Shown here: piece after piece, positions 23,906-37,729 of the stretch
Numbering within the stretch: position 1 is the stretch's first letter
How the letters are laid out: the number at the start of each line of letters is the position of its first letter
Origin: Felis catus
Taxonomy: Eukaryota
Direction: 5' to 3'
DNA: 64,000 nucleotides
NCBI RefSeq assembly: GCF_018350175.1
Contig: NC_058368.1
Location: 50,221,815-50,285,814 of the forward strand
The notes under the pieces: generated by a model
What the model was told of the DNA's origin: nothing
What the model saw: the letters and a program-made list of their open reading frames with translations, nothing else
The model's database searches: none
Program-made: the position numbers and the translations under genes

Positions 23906-26458
23906 AAACACAACCCCTGAGGGGCTTCGTAGCTGCCACACAAGAGCAAAGGATGAAAAGTTTTAATACGAATAACGCAAATATAAATAAATTCAAAGAA
24001 CATTTTTTAATGAGATAAAATGTAGACTTTCTGATTGGGTCTTTGAGGACTCCCGATTCCGGGTTGCACTCTTAATGTTGTTCGGGTTCAGATCAACCTG
24101 CACTGTAGGTTACAATACTGTCTAGCATTTACTGAGTGCTTACTGTATGTGATGTACATGTTCCCTTTAATCTGAACAACAAATTGTTTAACGTGGGCAA
24201 CGTCCACGCTTTTCCTAGAAGGACCCTGAAGCTCAGCGAGGTTAGGTGACTTGCCCAATGTCACTCAGCTGGCAGCTGGCAAAGCTAGGATCCCATGTTT
24301 TTCCAGTTGCTCCCAGGCAGACCCTGCTTTTATTCCCCTAGTGCCCCCCTCTCAAAGGTTCCTGTATATGTGTGTGTGGCCCGCTGCACCACTGCAGTCA
24401 CCCAAGGGCACGGTGATGTCACAGAAACACTTTTCCCTTTGTATGAGTGATTCTAATTTCATAAAGCCATAGACATTTCTAGTATGTAAAAGATTAAGTC
24501 ATGACAGTATTTCTGGAACATTATTGGATTCACCTGTTCTGTCTCCATTCATCCCACACAGGTCTAAATCCACACCGCACTTTCCCATACAGGCTGCTGC
24601 TTCTCAGAGGCCCTCCGCCTTCTCCAGATCCTCTGCTGTTGTATGTCCTCATGGCACACAAAGGAGAGTCCATTGTAAGTTGCAAGTGCCCCATAAGATT
24701 CATCATAATTCTTCCTCTGGCTGTCACTGGTCTTCATCCTCCCCACCCACCCCATCTCACCTTAGCTAGGGTTTTGCATGGACCTGCTAATTTGCATGAT
24801 TTCCATCCAATGTAAATCAATGTTTGTTTCCTAACAACATCTAGCATTGGAAACATCCTTTTCTCTTAACCCCACACTTATCTGTTACTTCTCATTTTTC
24901 ACGTCAAGTTCAAAATGTCTCCTCTACAATGCTTTCCTGAGATATCACTACTCAACTTGGAATGTGTCTGTTTAATTTTTATTTTCTATTTTATTAATTC
25001 TGTCACTTTGTGTATTGGTTCTCAGATCACCGGTTTTGTATGTTTGTAATATGTTCCTGTCTGGACTGCAAGTTTCTTAAAATCACTGGCATTTGATTTT
25101 TCCAAGTATTTAATTGAGTATTAATAATAATATATACTCACTGAACTGATCCTTATTTATGAAGCAGGGATCAGATCCAGAGCATGATTTCACTAGCTCA
25201 GTGGATCATCAGAATGCCCGCTGGGTGGCATTCATGAGCACCTATGATGTTCCCCATTCTGTGTTTTGTATTCTAATGCATAGTCTGCTATCATCTTCTC
25301 AGTAACCCAGTGACGAAGATACCATTACAATTTCCAGTGAGCAAATGACATATGTAATGGTAAGTAGTCTTGTCCAGAGGTACAGTGCTGACTAGGGTGG
25401 GATTTGAATTGGGGGAGTCTGACTCCAGAGCTCTATGTACCTTATGTCCAGACTTTGGTACTGCTTGGTCTTGAGGTTTCAGAGCTGGGGATGTGGGAGA
25501 GAGGACAAGAGTAACGATGGCAAGAACGAGAAAAGTGGAGTGGGGTAGCTGGTGGAAGTCTTCGTATTCTCCAGTCTTCCTATAACCCTGAACACTTTGA
25601 ATACGTTCTACCCAAAGTCATGAAATATTTGAGACCAGAGTTCTTACAGAAACTCTGAAGCTGGTAAGTAGCTCCAGAAGATGCAGAAATCTTGGTAGAA
25701 TACATATCTCTGAAAGAAATAGGTACCTCAGCTAATTCGGAACAAAAGTTACTATTTTGGCCACTAATCTCTAAAACGAAACCCAAACCAACAACAAAAA
25801 AACATATATCACTTTGAACTAAAATGATTCAACTCAATGCCAAGTAAAACTCGGTCCCCAGTTGAGATTCACTAGGCTTTTGTGATCCTCCCAAGCCTTC
25901 TCTTGATACTGTCACTGCTGTGTGGTCACCGTGGGGATAGCTCTTAGCATTGGGAGTGCAGTCAAGAGGGGAAAAGCAAAGGCTGGAGCTCCCCCTTACC
26001 CTTCCGTCTGCTTCTTTGAATCTGTTGTAGCTGCTGCAGAATAGAGGCCTAACACTCAAAATGGCCATAAGTCTCTTACTCTTTGGTTAGTACTGGTGTT
26101 AACATTGAAAACTTTGAACCAGTGGACTGGCCCAGATAATGGTCATCAGATGAAGATTATAAACAACTTGGCTAGAGAGTATCAACTAAATATTGGATAT
26201 GGTTAGTCCAAGCTTGTGCTTTACTGTTTCTCTGCTAGCGAACAAGGAGGAGGTGGTGAAATTAGCTTTTAGCTGGGCTTCAGGTAGTAGGGAAGACTGG
26301 GATTAAGTGCTGCATTGGCAATTCTGGTGGGTGCTCAGGAACATATTAGGGGGTGATGAAATTGGATGTGGTATCCAAGAACAGAACATCAGGTAAGTGG
26401 TACCCAAATCTGGCTAATTATTGACGCTATCCTATGGGTTAAAAAAATACAGACGCTA

Positions 26459-26685
26459 GGAGCACCTGGGTGGCTCAGTCAGTTAAGCATCTGACTTCGG
26501 CTCAGGTCATAATCTCACAGTTTGTGAATTCCAGCCCCGCGTTGGGCTCTGTGCTGAGAGTTCAGAGCCTGGAGCCTGCTTTGAATTCTGTGTCTCCCTC
26601 TCTCTCTCTGCCCCTCCCCCACTCGCTCTGTCTGTCTGTCTGTCTCTCAAAAATAAATAAAAACATTTAAAAAGTTTTTAAAAAT
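26459..26685 (+). mobile_element. Felid Can-SINE
   Basis: Full-length; degenerate TSD aaaaatacagacgcta / aaaaatacaaatgcta. Confidence 0.93.
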
Positions 26686-26958
26686 ACAAATGCTAGATGC
26701 TGCACAGGACTGTTGAACCTTTTTAACCATGAGGGATGAACAGCTGCATTCAAAAAATAAAAATTCCCCAGGAGATTTTGATCATCAGTTTGAGAAATAA
26801 CATATTTGAGGAAGTATTCCACTATTGTTCTTTACTTTTTCTTGACACTTCTTCCTCATTTCCTGGTTGAGATCCAGGATTGTTTCTCTGATTACAAAGA
26901 TCAATTATCTGAGCAAAGGGATACGTGGATAGAACATTCAGAAGGATTTATGCCATCC

Positions 26959-26960
<2 letters not shown>

Positions 26961-26996
<36 letters not shown>
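26961..26996. repeat. (TG)n microsatellite
   Basis: Direct inspection. Confidence 0.95.
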
Positions 26997-26997
<1 letters not shown>

Positions 26998-28181
26998 ACG
27001 CATGCATATATGCATTTGAAATGACTTCATAATTAAACCTAACAAAAATGTGCTATTTTAAATCTTGGTTTCATTATGTGCAATATGATAATGGTTATAA
27101 TAAAAGTGATGATACATTTAAACCATCCCAACAGCGTCAACTGTGAATCACTGCCCTGTCCATGGCTGCTGTAGGTAGACTTTGGCCTAATCCCACAAGA
27201 GAGTTATGATTTATTCTCTTCTGAACTTTTAGTCTCTCATAGACTTCCCAACAATAGAACAAGATCAGTACAATGCCCTTAATGACAACTTCCCTTTTCT
27301 CAGGCTTTCTATTGCAGGGCAGTGGTTTTCAACTCAATAGATTGGCCAGTGGGAAGTCTATAGTGAAATCAGAGTTGTGCCTGTAAGTTTGCTTGGGGAT
27401 TACCTCAATAAACTCTAGGAACTAGAACTCTTTCTGCAGAAGAATCAATAATACTTACCTGCCTTGGGGCCAGTTCTGAAACAAAGGACTATGTCACTGA
27501 TTATAGTTCTATTTCTAAATTAAGGGATGCAGAATGTTTTTAATTACCAGAACCTGATAAAAATGAATATGGTGATTAAATACCCATTGTGTTTATCAGA
27601 GAAAGCAGAAAACCAGTGTTGGAGATTCTGTGATTTGCTATATATAGAAATAAACTAAAAAAAAAAAAAAATCAAAGCTACAATTCCCAATCAGGTGTCT
27701 CCAAAATAAATAATGAGTAGGGAAAAGAGACTTTTTGTTTAAAAAATTTTAAATCCTAATAAAAGGGCGTATGACTTCTATGAAAAGACCAAATAATAAA
27801 TTAATATTTCTTGGGAATCAAAACATTTTAAAGATTGGGCATGTGAAGGTATAGAAGGAAATAATAAATGTAGAAAGGGTGAAATTTTGCTTCAAGGTAT
27901 TCATTACTCAAAAAGAGACCGAGTTCCTTGTATCCCATTATATTTTTAATATAGACTTGAGCATTCTTATTTAGGATAGTGGATCCCAACTGCTTAGTTG
28001 CTTAAAACTTCACTTTTCCCCAATACACTCTGTGAAATAGCATTTGTAGTTTCATCTCATAATAATTGGGGTGATGCATATTTACAAGGCCACAATTAAT
28101 TTAATAGTATTTCAAATCGTTGGTGTTTGATAAACCGGGCAGTATAGATAAGCTATATATGATTAAAAATAGTAGCCACTA

Positions 28182-28393
28182 GGGGCACCTGGGTGGCTCG
28201 GCCGGTTGAGTGTCCAACTTCGGCTCAGGTCATGATCTTGCGGTTTGTGAGTTCGAGCCCTGCATCGGGTTCTGGGCTTATAGTTCAGAGCCTGGAGCCT
28301 GCTTCAGATTCTGTCTCCCTCTCTCTCTACCCCTCCCCTGCTCACGCTCTATTCTCTCTGTCTTTCAAAAATGAATAAATGTGAAAAAAAAAA
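28182..28393 (+). mobile_element. Felid Can-SINE
   Basis: Perfect 16-bp TSD aaaaatagtagccact (28165-28180 / 28389-28404). Confidence 0.95.
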
Positions 28394-29684
28394 TAGTAGC
28401 CACTCTATGTGCAAGAAAATTTGTACAATCTATGGACAAGATTTGAGGATGTATGTTTTGAAAATATGGATTCTTCTACCCTCTTTATGTTATCTCCAAA
28501 TTTCCAGGTGATCCATGGTCCACATATCTGGCATCACTACTTTACAGAGTGAAAGTAAGAATAGTGGATGGTTTGTTAACCTTTTCCTGAGACACACTAT
28601 CAAACGTCTCTTGGCCGAAATGTATTCTCTCCTACCTGTGTCTGTGTTGACCACCACTTATATCTGGTAGAGTGCATCTTGTTGATTGCAATCCTAACAA
28701 CTCTAGTATGCGATTCAACAGTATGATGTGGGACTAGAAAAGCAGAACCAGGGGAGAGCGCCCAGTTTCTAGTGTTGGATTGGGACCTGGGGTTAATCAT
28801 TTTGTCTCCCTTTTTAGGTCCAACGTGAAGACAGTAATGCTCCTGTTATTAACCCAGCTCACAAGGGACCAAGAGGAATGAAGTTAATAAGAAGGAACAA
28901 TCTGAAAGCTCTGGCTGAAAGGTATTATTTAAGCCACTGGAGAAAACTATCCAATTATGGATAAGGGAGTAGAACTGATGTAAACTTGTGGGTTTTTTCC
29001 ATTTATGTAAATTAATGGTAAGAGGTCTAGAACATACAATTTTCTTACTTACATTTTATTCTTTTGCTGGTAGATAGAAATAAAGGCACCCAGCTGCAAA
29101 AGAAAGTTGAGAATAGTGGGACTGAAATAGCTATTCTTCTTGTTTCCTTGCCCTGTAGCTAGCCCGGTCTGTTATTCATGCTGCACGTTCTGGCGGTGGC
29201 TTGCCCCCCCTCAACCCCCCCCCCCCCCCCCGCACGCACCCCGCCTCCCACACCAAGCAATACCCAGTGCTCAGTGCGGTGTAAAGATTCTTTGGAAGTT
29301 GTTTAGGTGAATACATAATAATTTTTCATACATTCAAAATACTGTTTATTCCTTGAACTCACAAGAGAGAAACTCTAATCATGGCAATATTAAGTACTAT
29401 AATGAACCACAGGATAGCAGATGGGCCCTGGGGTAAACCTTTTCTGTACTATTGATTTACTTATTTGGTTTCCTTGTAAAATGTCCATGACCTGAACCAT
29501 TGCTGCAGAATACAAATACAAGTTTCTGACCCAAGCAAAACATTAAGATTTTTTCTTTAAAACAATCTGAGGGTTTTCTGGAAAGCAAAAAGAAGGCTGG
29601 TTAGTGTCTTGGGCCCTGGAAATCAGAGTTTTGCAGTTTTGTCAGCTTTGTGAGGATGAATTCTCCATAGAGAGTACCACAGCT

Positions 29685-29862
29685 TCTTCTTTTTTTCTTA
29701 ACTTATTTATTTATTTTGAGAGAGAGAGAGAGAGAGAGAGAGAAAGAAAGAAAGAGAGAGAATGAGAGGAGGAGGGGCAGAGATCTCACAAACCGTGAGA
29801 TCATGACCTGAGCCGAGTCGTCTGAGTCAGATGCTTAACCGACTGAGCCACCCAGGGGCCCC
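29685..29862 (-). mobile_element. Can-SINE with internal deletion
   Basis: (GA)n body joins directly to 'ctcacaaaccgtgagatcatgacctgagcc'; the usual 'ggctccaggctctgagctgtcagcacagagcc' segment is absent. Confidence 0.85.
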
Positions 29863-32744
29863 AAGTGTACCACAACAGCTATCATCATACCACCAATATG
29901 ATTTCATTTCCAGAAACCTCTATTTAGAGCTCAATATGTGTTTGGCATTCTGTTGTAAACTGTCATGACATGAGGATATGAAGATATGATTTTTGTCCTC
30001 AAAGAAATATGTTATATTTATAACATTTTTTACAATTTATTAGAGTTCGCAGAAGACATATAAATATATCAGATGCAAACTTAATGCCTTAAGGGCCACA
30101 TAGACCGTGTCATTGTGTGGGGCTATTATAAGACCTTAGGGAGCAGTGGAGACTGTGGCCAACTGGGAATGTATTACCCTCTTAAGTTCAAATTCACATT
30201 AAAAAACCTGCTCTATTGTTCAAATGAAATACATAGTTGGGCTGTATTTACCTACACCCTTTTCAGATACACAAACTCTTATTTGAGCTTCTAACAACGA
30301 TTTGAAGTTGACTTCATTGCAAATGAAGAGACAGAAGCTCTGTGAGAGGAAAGTCTTGGACAAGGTAACTTAGCTAAAAACTGGGAGGGCAGGGATAAGA
30401 AATTGAAGTTCTATGGCCTCATGCCCAGCTGTTTTTATTAAAAACTTGTAGGTCAGGAAGAGGCAGAAATTGCTAACAATTTTGGTATTTCCTCTTTTAT
30501 CTAAGTCATCATCCAAGGGCTCCTCCTCTGCTTCTGATAGCCACTCTCCCCATATTTTCACACAACAAAGAATGCAGCATGTGTATGCAATGCCTTACAG
30601 TTAACATGCTTCTGGTACGTCGGAGGTCTCTGAGTTGCTTTCAATACATTGATTGGCTCTCGGAAGATGAGAAGTGGCCGAGGAAAATAGCTTGATGCAA
30701 AGGGGAGCTGCTGCCTTCCCAGCAGGCTGGTCTATCCACAGTGGACCCAACAGAGAGATTCAGACCTCACCAGGGCTGTCTGGGTAGGGTGTTCCAGAGG
30801 ATGGATACAAATCAGAGAGCACTTGAGGTGCTATCTTTAGGCCACACTCAAGTACCAAGATATGGGCTTCTGAGTCAGAAGGAATTGGATGCAAAATGTC
30901 TTTTCCTGGGCAACCTTGAACAACTGGTTAAACCCTCAATATCGATTTTGTTGTTTGAAAATGGAGAAAAATTATTATGAGGACCAAGTAAGTAAATATA
31001 TTTAAGCCAGGTGTTAAGGGCACAGTTACTGAATAGTAGGTGCTCAGTAAAGGGTGGTTCTCCTCTCTCCCTCTTTGTTTCTCCTTCGTGCCCAGTGGAG
31101 GAGGCTTGTGGCCATGCTGATAAAAGGAGCAGTTGGGAGTTGTGTCCTGAGTGCTGAAAGACCACAGTCCTCACTGGCACAACCAGTACAGTGTTGACAG
31201 GGACAATATCTGCCTTGGGATGCTCCAAATATCGTGTCACTCTTAAGGGACAGTGAACAGGAAATAAGTTGTGAAAAACAAAGTGGAATTTCTGGAAACG
31301 GCTGGCATAAAAGCTCTTGAAGGGGTCACATGCAGATTAGCATAATTTTTATTACATGTTCTATTTTTGTCCTGTGAGATACTTATTTGGATTTCATTGT
31401 GCCCATTGTGAGGCTTTTGTTCTGAGGCTGTGAGTTTAATTATTTAGTTATTTATGAGTGCATCTGGGCATAAGTGCCACAGTTTTATTTCAGTGACAAA
31501 TTTATGGTCAGTGAATTTTAGTAATTAATGAATAAATTATTTCTCCTTCATAAATGCCTCTGCAATTTGTGATTTCCATAACAATTCATAATACTTAAGA
31601 AAGGTTCTTTATTAGTTGAAAAATCCAGTGCTAATGGAATCAGGAGAGGGAGATTTTAAATTGCTTTAATTAACTGTGTTAATTAATACCCAACATGTGT
31701 AAGATATTGGATTGGCTTTGGCTGGCTTGATTAGAAATTAGTTGCCTAAAATCTGCCTAATATATAAATGTACTTTGTTAAAAGAAGCAAATGACAGGAA
31801 TAAAAGGGCTTCCTCTTTTATAATCTTTGATTCCTGGCTTACCCCTGAAATTTTCAAAAAAAAAAAAAAAAATCAGCCCATGCAAACAAATGCACATTTT
31901 GACTTTCCAAAAAAAAAAAAAAAAAAAAAACCTTAAAGACACTCTATGATGTGATTTCAAGGAATTAGGGCAGCTTATAAGAGTTTGTATGTTTCAAATC
32001 TTTTTCAAGATAATCAATACAAAAAATGTAAATAAACCTTATTCTCCACAAATCACTGCACTAAGTGGACTGGGGCAAAAAAAGATAAATAAGAATAATC
32101 CTTACCTCTGTAGAGCTCACAGTTGAGTGAATATGGAAGACACACAGGTATTTAAATGGGAAGTTGAGAAGAGTTTGGACAGGAAGAAATGCTGAGTATT
32201 CAGCATTCATCCAGTATTCTGGGTGCAGAAGACAGTACACAGCCCAACAGACTATTTCCTTGAGGTTGATGAAAACTTAGTTTTAGATCCTCCCAGGGCT
32301 AGCATATGGGTCTTCAGTGGAAAATACCAAGAATTATTGTTGATTTCTGTTTTCCCTCACACCCACACCTATGTCATCAACAATGCCTGTCAGCTCTACT
32401 TTCAAAATATGTATTGAATCTGGACACTTATCACTTCTACAAATACTACATAGTCTAAGCCCCTTCCCAGACTCCCTGTTTCCACCTTGACACTCTCCAA
32501 TCAATTCTTCACCCAGTAGCCAGAGCATTTCCTGCTCTGATCTAGTCACGTGGGCTTCTTGTTTCTCCAACAGGCTAACTTATTCCTGGCCCAGGGCCTT
32601 TGCATTTGCTGAGATTATTCCCTCTTTTGGAATAATTTCCCTCCATACTCTGAGGCCTGATTTAGTCCCTCATTCAGATCTCTGTTCAAATGTTACGTCC
32701 TTACAGAGACATATCCGACTACCCTATTTAAAATAATCTCCTCC

Positions 32745-33378
32745 TGGGAAGGCAAGCTGGTGCAGTCACTCTGGAAACAGTATGGAGGTTCCTCCAAAAA
32801 CTAAAAATAGAACTACCCTACGACCCAGCAATTGCACTACGAGGCATTTATCCATGGGATACAGGTGTGCTGTTTTGAAGGGACACATGTACCCCCATGT
32901 TTATAGCAGCACTATCAACAATAGCCAAAGTATGGAAAGAGCCCAAATGTCCATCGATGGATGAATGGATAAAGAAGATGTGGTATATATATACAATGGA
33001 GAATTACTTGGCAATCAAAAAGAATGAAATCTTGCCATTTGCAACTACGTGGATGGAACTGGAGGGTATTATGCTAAGTGAAATTAGTCAGAGAAGGGCA
33101 AATATCATAGGACTTCACTCATATGAGGACTTTAAGAGACAAAACAGATGAACATAAGGGAAGGGAAACAAAAATAATATAAAAACAGGGAGGGGGACAA
33201 AATAGAAGAGACTCATAAATATGGAGAACAAACAGAGGGTTACGGGAGGGGTTGTGGGAGGGGGAGATGGGCTAAATGGGTAAGGGGCACTAAGGAATCT
33301 ACTCCCGATATCATTGTTGCACTGTATGCTAATTTGGATGTAAGTTTTAAAAAATAAAAAAATAAAATTAAAAAAAAA
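32745..33378 (+). mobile_element. Felid L1 3' fragment (ORF2 C-terminus + 3'UTR + poly-A), 5'-truncated
   Basis: Encodes MFIAALSTIAKVWKEPKCPSMDEWIKKMWYIYTME (L1 ORF2 C-terminus); TSD aatctcct (32735-32742 / 33377-33384). Confidence 0.95.
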
Positions 33379-33424
33379 TCTCCTATGCCCCACTGACCTT
33401 TTTTTTTTTTTCAATCATAGCATC

Positions 33425-33926
33425 TGTATCAATCAGGGTTCAAGCAGAGAAATACACATGATATCTACATGTGTTGCCAGAGTTTGATGTTCATACTACC
33501 ATAGTCAGGAGGGGAAGGTAGATGTGGAGAGGACAGATCAAGGACTGCCTGGGACCCCACAAGGACAGACTGAAACCTGTGTCTAATGTTTGGCCTCTGA
33601 CCTTGCTGACAAGGAAGGGTATCCTGCAGAAACCAAAGCCTTTCATCAGGGAGCCACACACACACCTAGCCCAGGACTCAACCTGGCCTAGGTATCAAAG
33701 AAGCAGAGGGAGGTCAGGAAAGGTAGTCCCAGCTACCACTTCACGCCAGGGGTATGAGTTAACTCAGCAGATCATCAACAGTATGTGTGAGCTACACAGG
33801 AAAGGCTGCTGGTCCCCTTCAACTCTCTACACCTTCCAAGACTCCTCCTCTGGTCTAACAGGAAAGACGTGAGAAGTAGAAATGTAGTTCAGCCCAGCCA
33901 AATAGACACATGACAAACCCATCACA
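33425..33926 (-). mobile_element. ERVL-class solo LTR (MLT2-like)
   Basis: Starts 'tgtatcaatcagggttc', ends 'ccagccaaatagacacatgacaaacccatcaca', the reverse complement of MLT2-type 5' end TGTGATGGTT...TGTGTC. Confidence 0.65.
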
Positions 33927-36900
33927 GTCCCTATGGTACCTAACACTGTGCTGTATATTTATTTGTTCCACGAAAGTGGGTATTTTTTCCTTGTTTTCAA
34001 TAGAGTGGTACTTGGCACATAGTTGATACTCAATGAATATTTATAGAGTGAATATAGTAAACATCTAAAGGTGAATATCCAGGTGAATATAAGGTCAACA
34101 TACTCCTAGGTCTAAGACAGGAGTAAGGGTCAAAGGAAGAGGTTGGGAGGGCAGGTTAACTGAACTGGTGACCGATTTATTGAGTGAGCTGGACCTTACG
34201 TGGAGACCGTGAGCAGGAAGTAAATCCATTTTTCTCCCTGCCCATTCAAAGACACTCTGGGCTCAGACTTTTCCACTCTTGGACAAAATTTTAGGCAATC
34301 CCCAAAGCATTTATGAACTTTGCAGTTAACTTGGGGTCATTTGACCAAGGTCTGTCTAATAGAATATGGACTGAAGAGATGCTGCTTTTCTTTTCAAGAC
34401 CAGAACTCAAAGGGATCCAAGTAGCTAATGATAATCAGAACTTGGACACCAGAGCCAGGAGCTGAGGCACAAGCTCCTGAGTGTCCATCGAATTACAGAT
34501 CCTAGTAAGTGTGTTTGTCCGTGTGGGTCCTTGAAGAAACAGTGCGTCTTTGATGGGGGAGGGAGAACTATAAATTCTGAGAGGCTGATCTTAGCTGGAG
34601 AAAAGAGGACGGAACTGAGGTGGCAAATCACACGACATAAGCTTCCATATCTTGTATAGACTATGCTGGAGCGGAAGAGCTGATGAGACAGAAAACAGAG
34701 ACCTTTGTGGTTTTGAAAAAGAACCGCCACAAGAAATGTGGTGTCGAAAATGAGCGGATCTGGAGAGGCAAGCACAGGATGTGAGAGTTAAATTGTGAGA
34801 TGAAAGATTTTTTTTTTTTTAAATCAGTGGATACAGAGAAAGAGATAGATCAAGAGAAGCTTTGAAGGAAATAAAACAACTAAAGCTGGTGACAGTTAAC
34901 TTTAGGGATGGGAGGGAGATGAGTCAAAGTAACTCAGTTATTTCAAGGCTCCAAAATTTGGGAAATGACATTAATGTCACTGGCCGTGACAGGAAATATT
35001 TGGGGAGAGGGATCATTTTTCATGGAAACGTGATGAATTTTGTTTTGAATAGGTTGAGTTGCAGTGACTTTGAGACACCCAGAAACATCCAGTAAACAGT
35101 TGATCAAGTTCTTCTCAATCAGGCCAACAACTTCCCTTTTTCTTCCAAGTGTAGAATAGTTAGGCTTCTGATTATTGGAGTCTTTCAAATGAATTTTGGG
35201 GGTGTCAAACCTGAAGGCAGAATAATAGTTTTCAAGCACTGGATATATATCTTGGGATGATGGAGATATTTAATTCCTCCACCGTTTTGTTATCTTTTAT
35301 TCTATCTCCCACACCACCATGATAATTAAGGAGTCTACACTTTGTTCACATTGCTAATATATTTATAAGCGTGGCCCACCTGCTCTTTCATGCCCTTGCT
35401 AGTTGCAATTTATTTTCCGACTTGACCTTTCTGACTTGGCCTCTGCATGTGTCAAGTTGTCTTATACACGTCCTTGATCTTTTGCCCTGCTAACATTTTG
35501 CATGTGATTACATTTTAGAGTTTGGAGTCTTCAATCATGCAGTAAACAGAGATGCTGCATTAATTTTAAATTCAAGAGGTTGAAAAAGAGGTCAACTTGG
35601 AGCTAGAGACAAACTGGATTTCTGCAAGAGGCAGCATGCCTTGAAAGCCTGTATTTCAGCCAGATGATTGGTGAATGACCCTTGTGGCTGATATGCAGGG
35701 AGAGAAATAAATGATTTGGAGGTGACAGCCGAGTTAATGCATCACTGCTGGTCAGTTTCCTGTTCCCCTGGGAGACCTAATGCTAAAAAATATCAAGGAT
35801 TGTTAAGACCAGAAAGACATGGGGGTTTGGGTGCCTGTGAGATCTCCAGGCTGTGCCAGGAGAAGCACGTCTGTCCTGATGAGTCAGTTAGTGCCTTTTC
35901 ATTTCCATACATATGGCAGGAATATTTGGAAACAGCTCCCTTCTCTCTGAAGCTGTGATACAGCCAATCTCACTAGCCAGTTCTTTCTTCCCTTCAATGC
36001 CTTACGCAGACACAGTGTAGGTCCAACTATCCTACCTGTCACTGAGTGTGGTGATTGTCAGGGAGGTGGGGGAAATATCACTTTGACAGATATATTTGAC
36101 ATGCTTATTCAAATATGCCCTCTGTCCACTGCTGCTTGTGGAACGACCTCTTGCAAAGGCTGGCCTCTTTGCTTCTGCACGGGAGGCAGAAGTGTGTTTT
36201 TCCGTCACGTCCCCATTTCAAATCTTGTCAAAGCAGACATAGACATGAAGGTTTTCTCTTTTCTCATTTCTCAGGCCAACTCTGTGTGCTGATAATGCTA
36301 TTGCCTTGGATCGTATAGGTTAAAAAAAAGAGATAAAATGATGATTAGTACTAATAAGTGTAGGGTGAAATAATATATGCCTGCAGTGTGAGCGGAGCTG
36401 TGCACAAATAAGTGTGCAATAAGGTTTTTCAGTTTATCTCTGTGGACAGGGGGTGCATCAGAATAGGAAGGCTGTTTCAAAAATGCCCACCGAGGTTACA
36501 TTTTCATTACCTCCATGACAAGCAATGACTGATGATACAGCTAAAAATTCACCGTGAATTTGACCAGCATAGAGGAGAAAAAGGTTGAGCACCAAGTCCT
36601 GTGTGATTGATTAGAATAAGGAGGGGAATCATTGTTCAGATTGAAGTCTTTACTGATAGCAGATCAGAAGCTGAATATGAAAACCAGACCAAATACACTG
36701 CTATAGCTCAACATTAACTTAGAATTAGATTAGACTTCTTTATGCCTGAGGCTTAATAAGATTAGAAAATCATGTTGCAATTATGCATGTTTTGGTGATT
36801 CAAATCATGGAGGGGAGCTCTGAAGCCTGGAGAAGTGAAGATTGCCCATGGTCCATGCGGTGTAAGGGCAAAAACCTAGGCTTTGTGAGCACAAGAATCT

Positions 36901-37729
36901 GAGTTTGATTTCTTGACCGGCCACTTGACCTTCAGGGAGTTTCTTAACTTTGCTTAGCCATGGTTCCTTATTAGCAAAATCAGAAGGTTAATACCTGTCA
37001 GTCAAATTTATGGTAGACAGTAAATAAACTAATCTGCAAAACAGTGTCAGGCATGTCGCAATCACTGAACAAATGGGGCTGCCAGTATTAAATATTCTTA
37101 GAAAAGAATGACTTAGGAATAAAAGCTGTACCCGCATTCAAGAATACAGCTTTTATGTTATTATTATTATTATTTTCTTTACATCATATAGCTCCTAAAT
37201 CAAGTTCCCCACTAACAAGAACTAGCATCTGTAGAGAGTTTGCACACATTTTCAAATCTGCTATTCAGGACAAAAAGGAGGGATCCAGTGTTGCAATCCA
37301 GGTGGAATGGTAGGGGACATTGACTTTGAGAGGTTAAATGACTTGCTCAATAATGCTAATAAGAAATAGAGTTGGGACTGAATCCAAACTCAAGGTTCTC
37401 TTGCTCCAACCCGCTCCAGCTTTATTCTTTTATAATCAAGATTTTATGAGTCACCATTTCCTCACTCTCTAATTAAAGGGGAAGTATTAGTGCTCCCCAA
37501 ACATACTCTCTTTCTTATTCCATACACATCCATACATTTCTGATACGGAAATGTAACTGGTATACTGAATCCACTGAACTCTATAGGGTACAAATGGAGA
37601 GCCAGTTTACCATTTTCATTATAGTCCTTTCAAACATTGTGGATATTTATTCCTATAACTGGGATGAAATCTTAACCAGCTTTTGATGCCTCCAGGCGAT
37701 CTTAGATAATAAAGTGTCAACTGACCTTC

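Larger units (their letters stand above)
32270..34050 (+). mobile_element. L2 remnant hosting two younger insertions (L1 and ERVL LTR)
   Basis: 'cagctctactttcaaaatatgtattgaatctggacactt', 'cagggcctttgcatttgctg' and 3' end 'cttggcacatagttgatactcaatgaatattt'. Confidence 0.75.

Noticed and set aside
17000..31000. Orthologue of the human lncRNA LMO7DN expected downstream of LMO7 by synteny
   Set aside because: I cannot recognise its exons or a promoter from the sequence; alignment to human would be required
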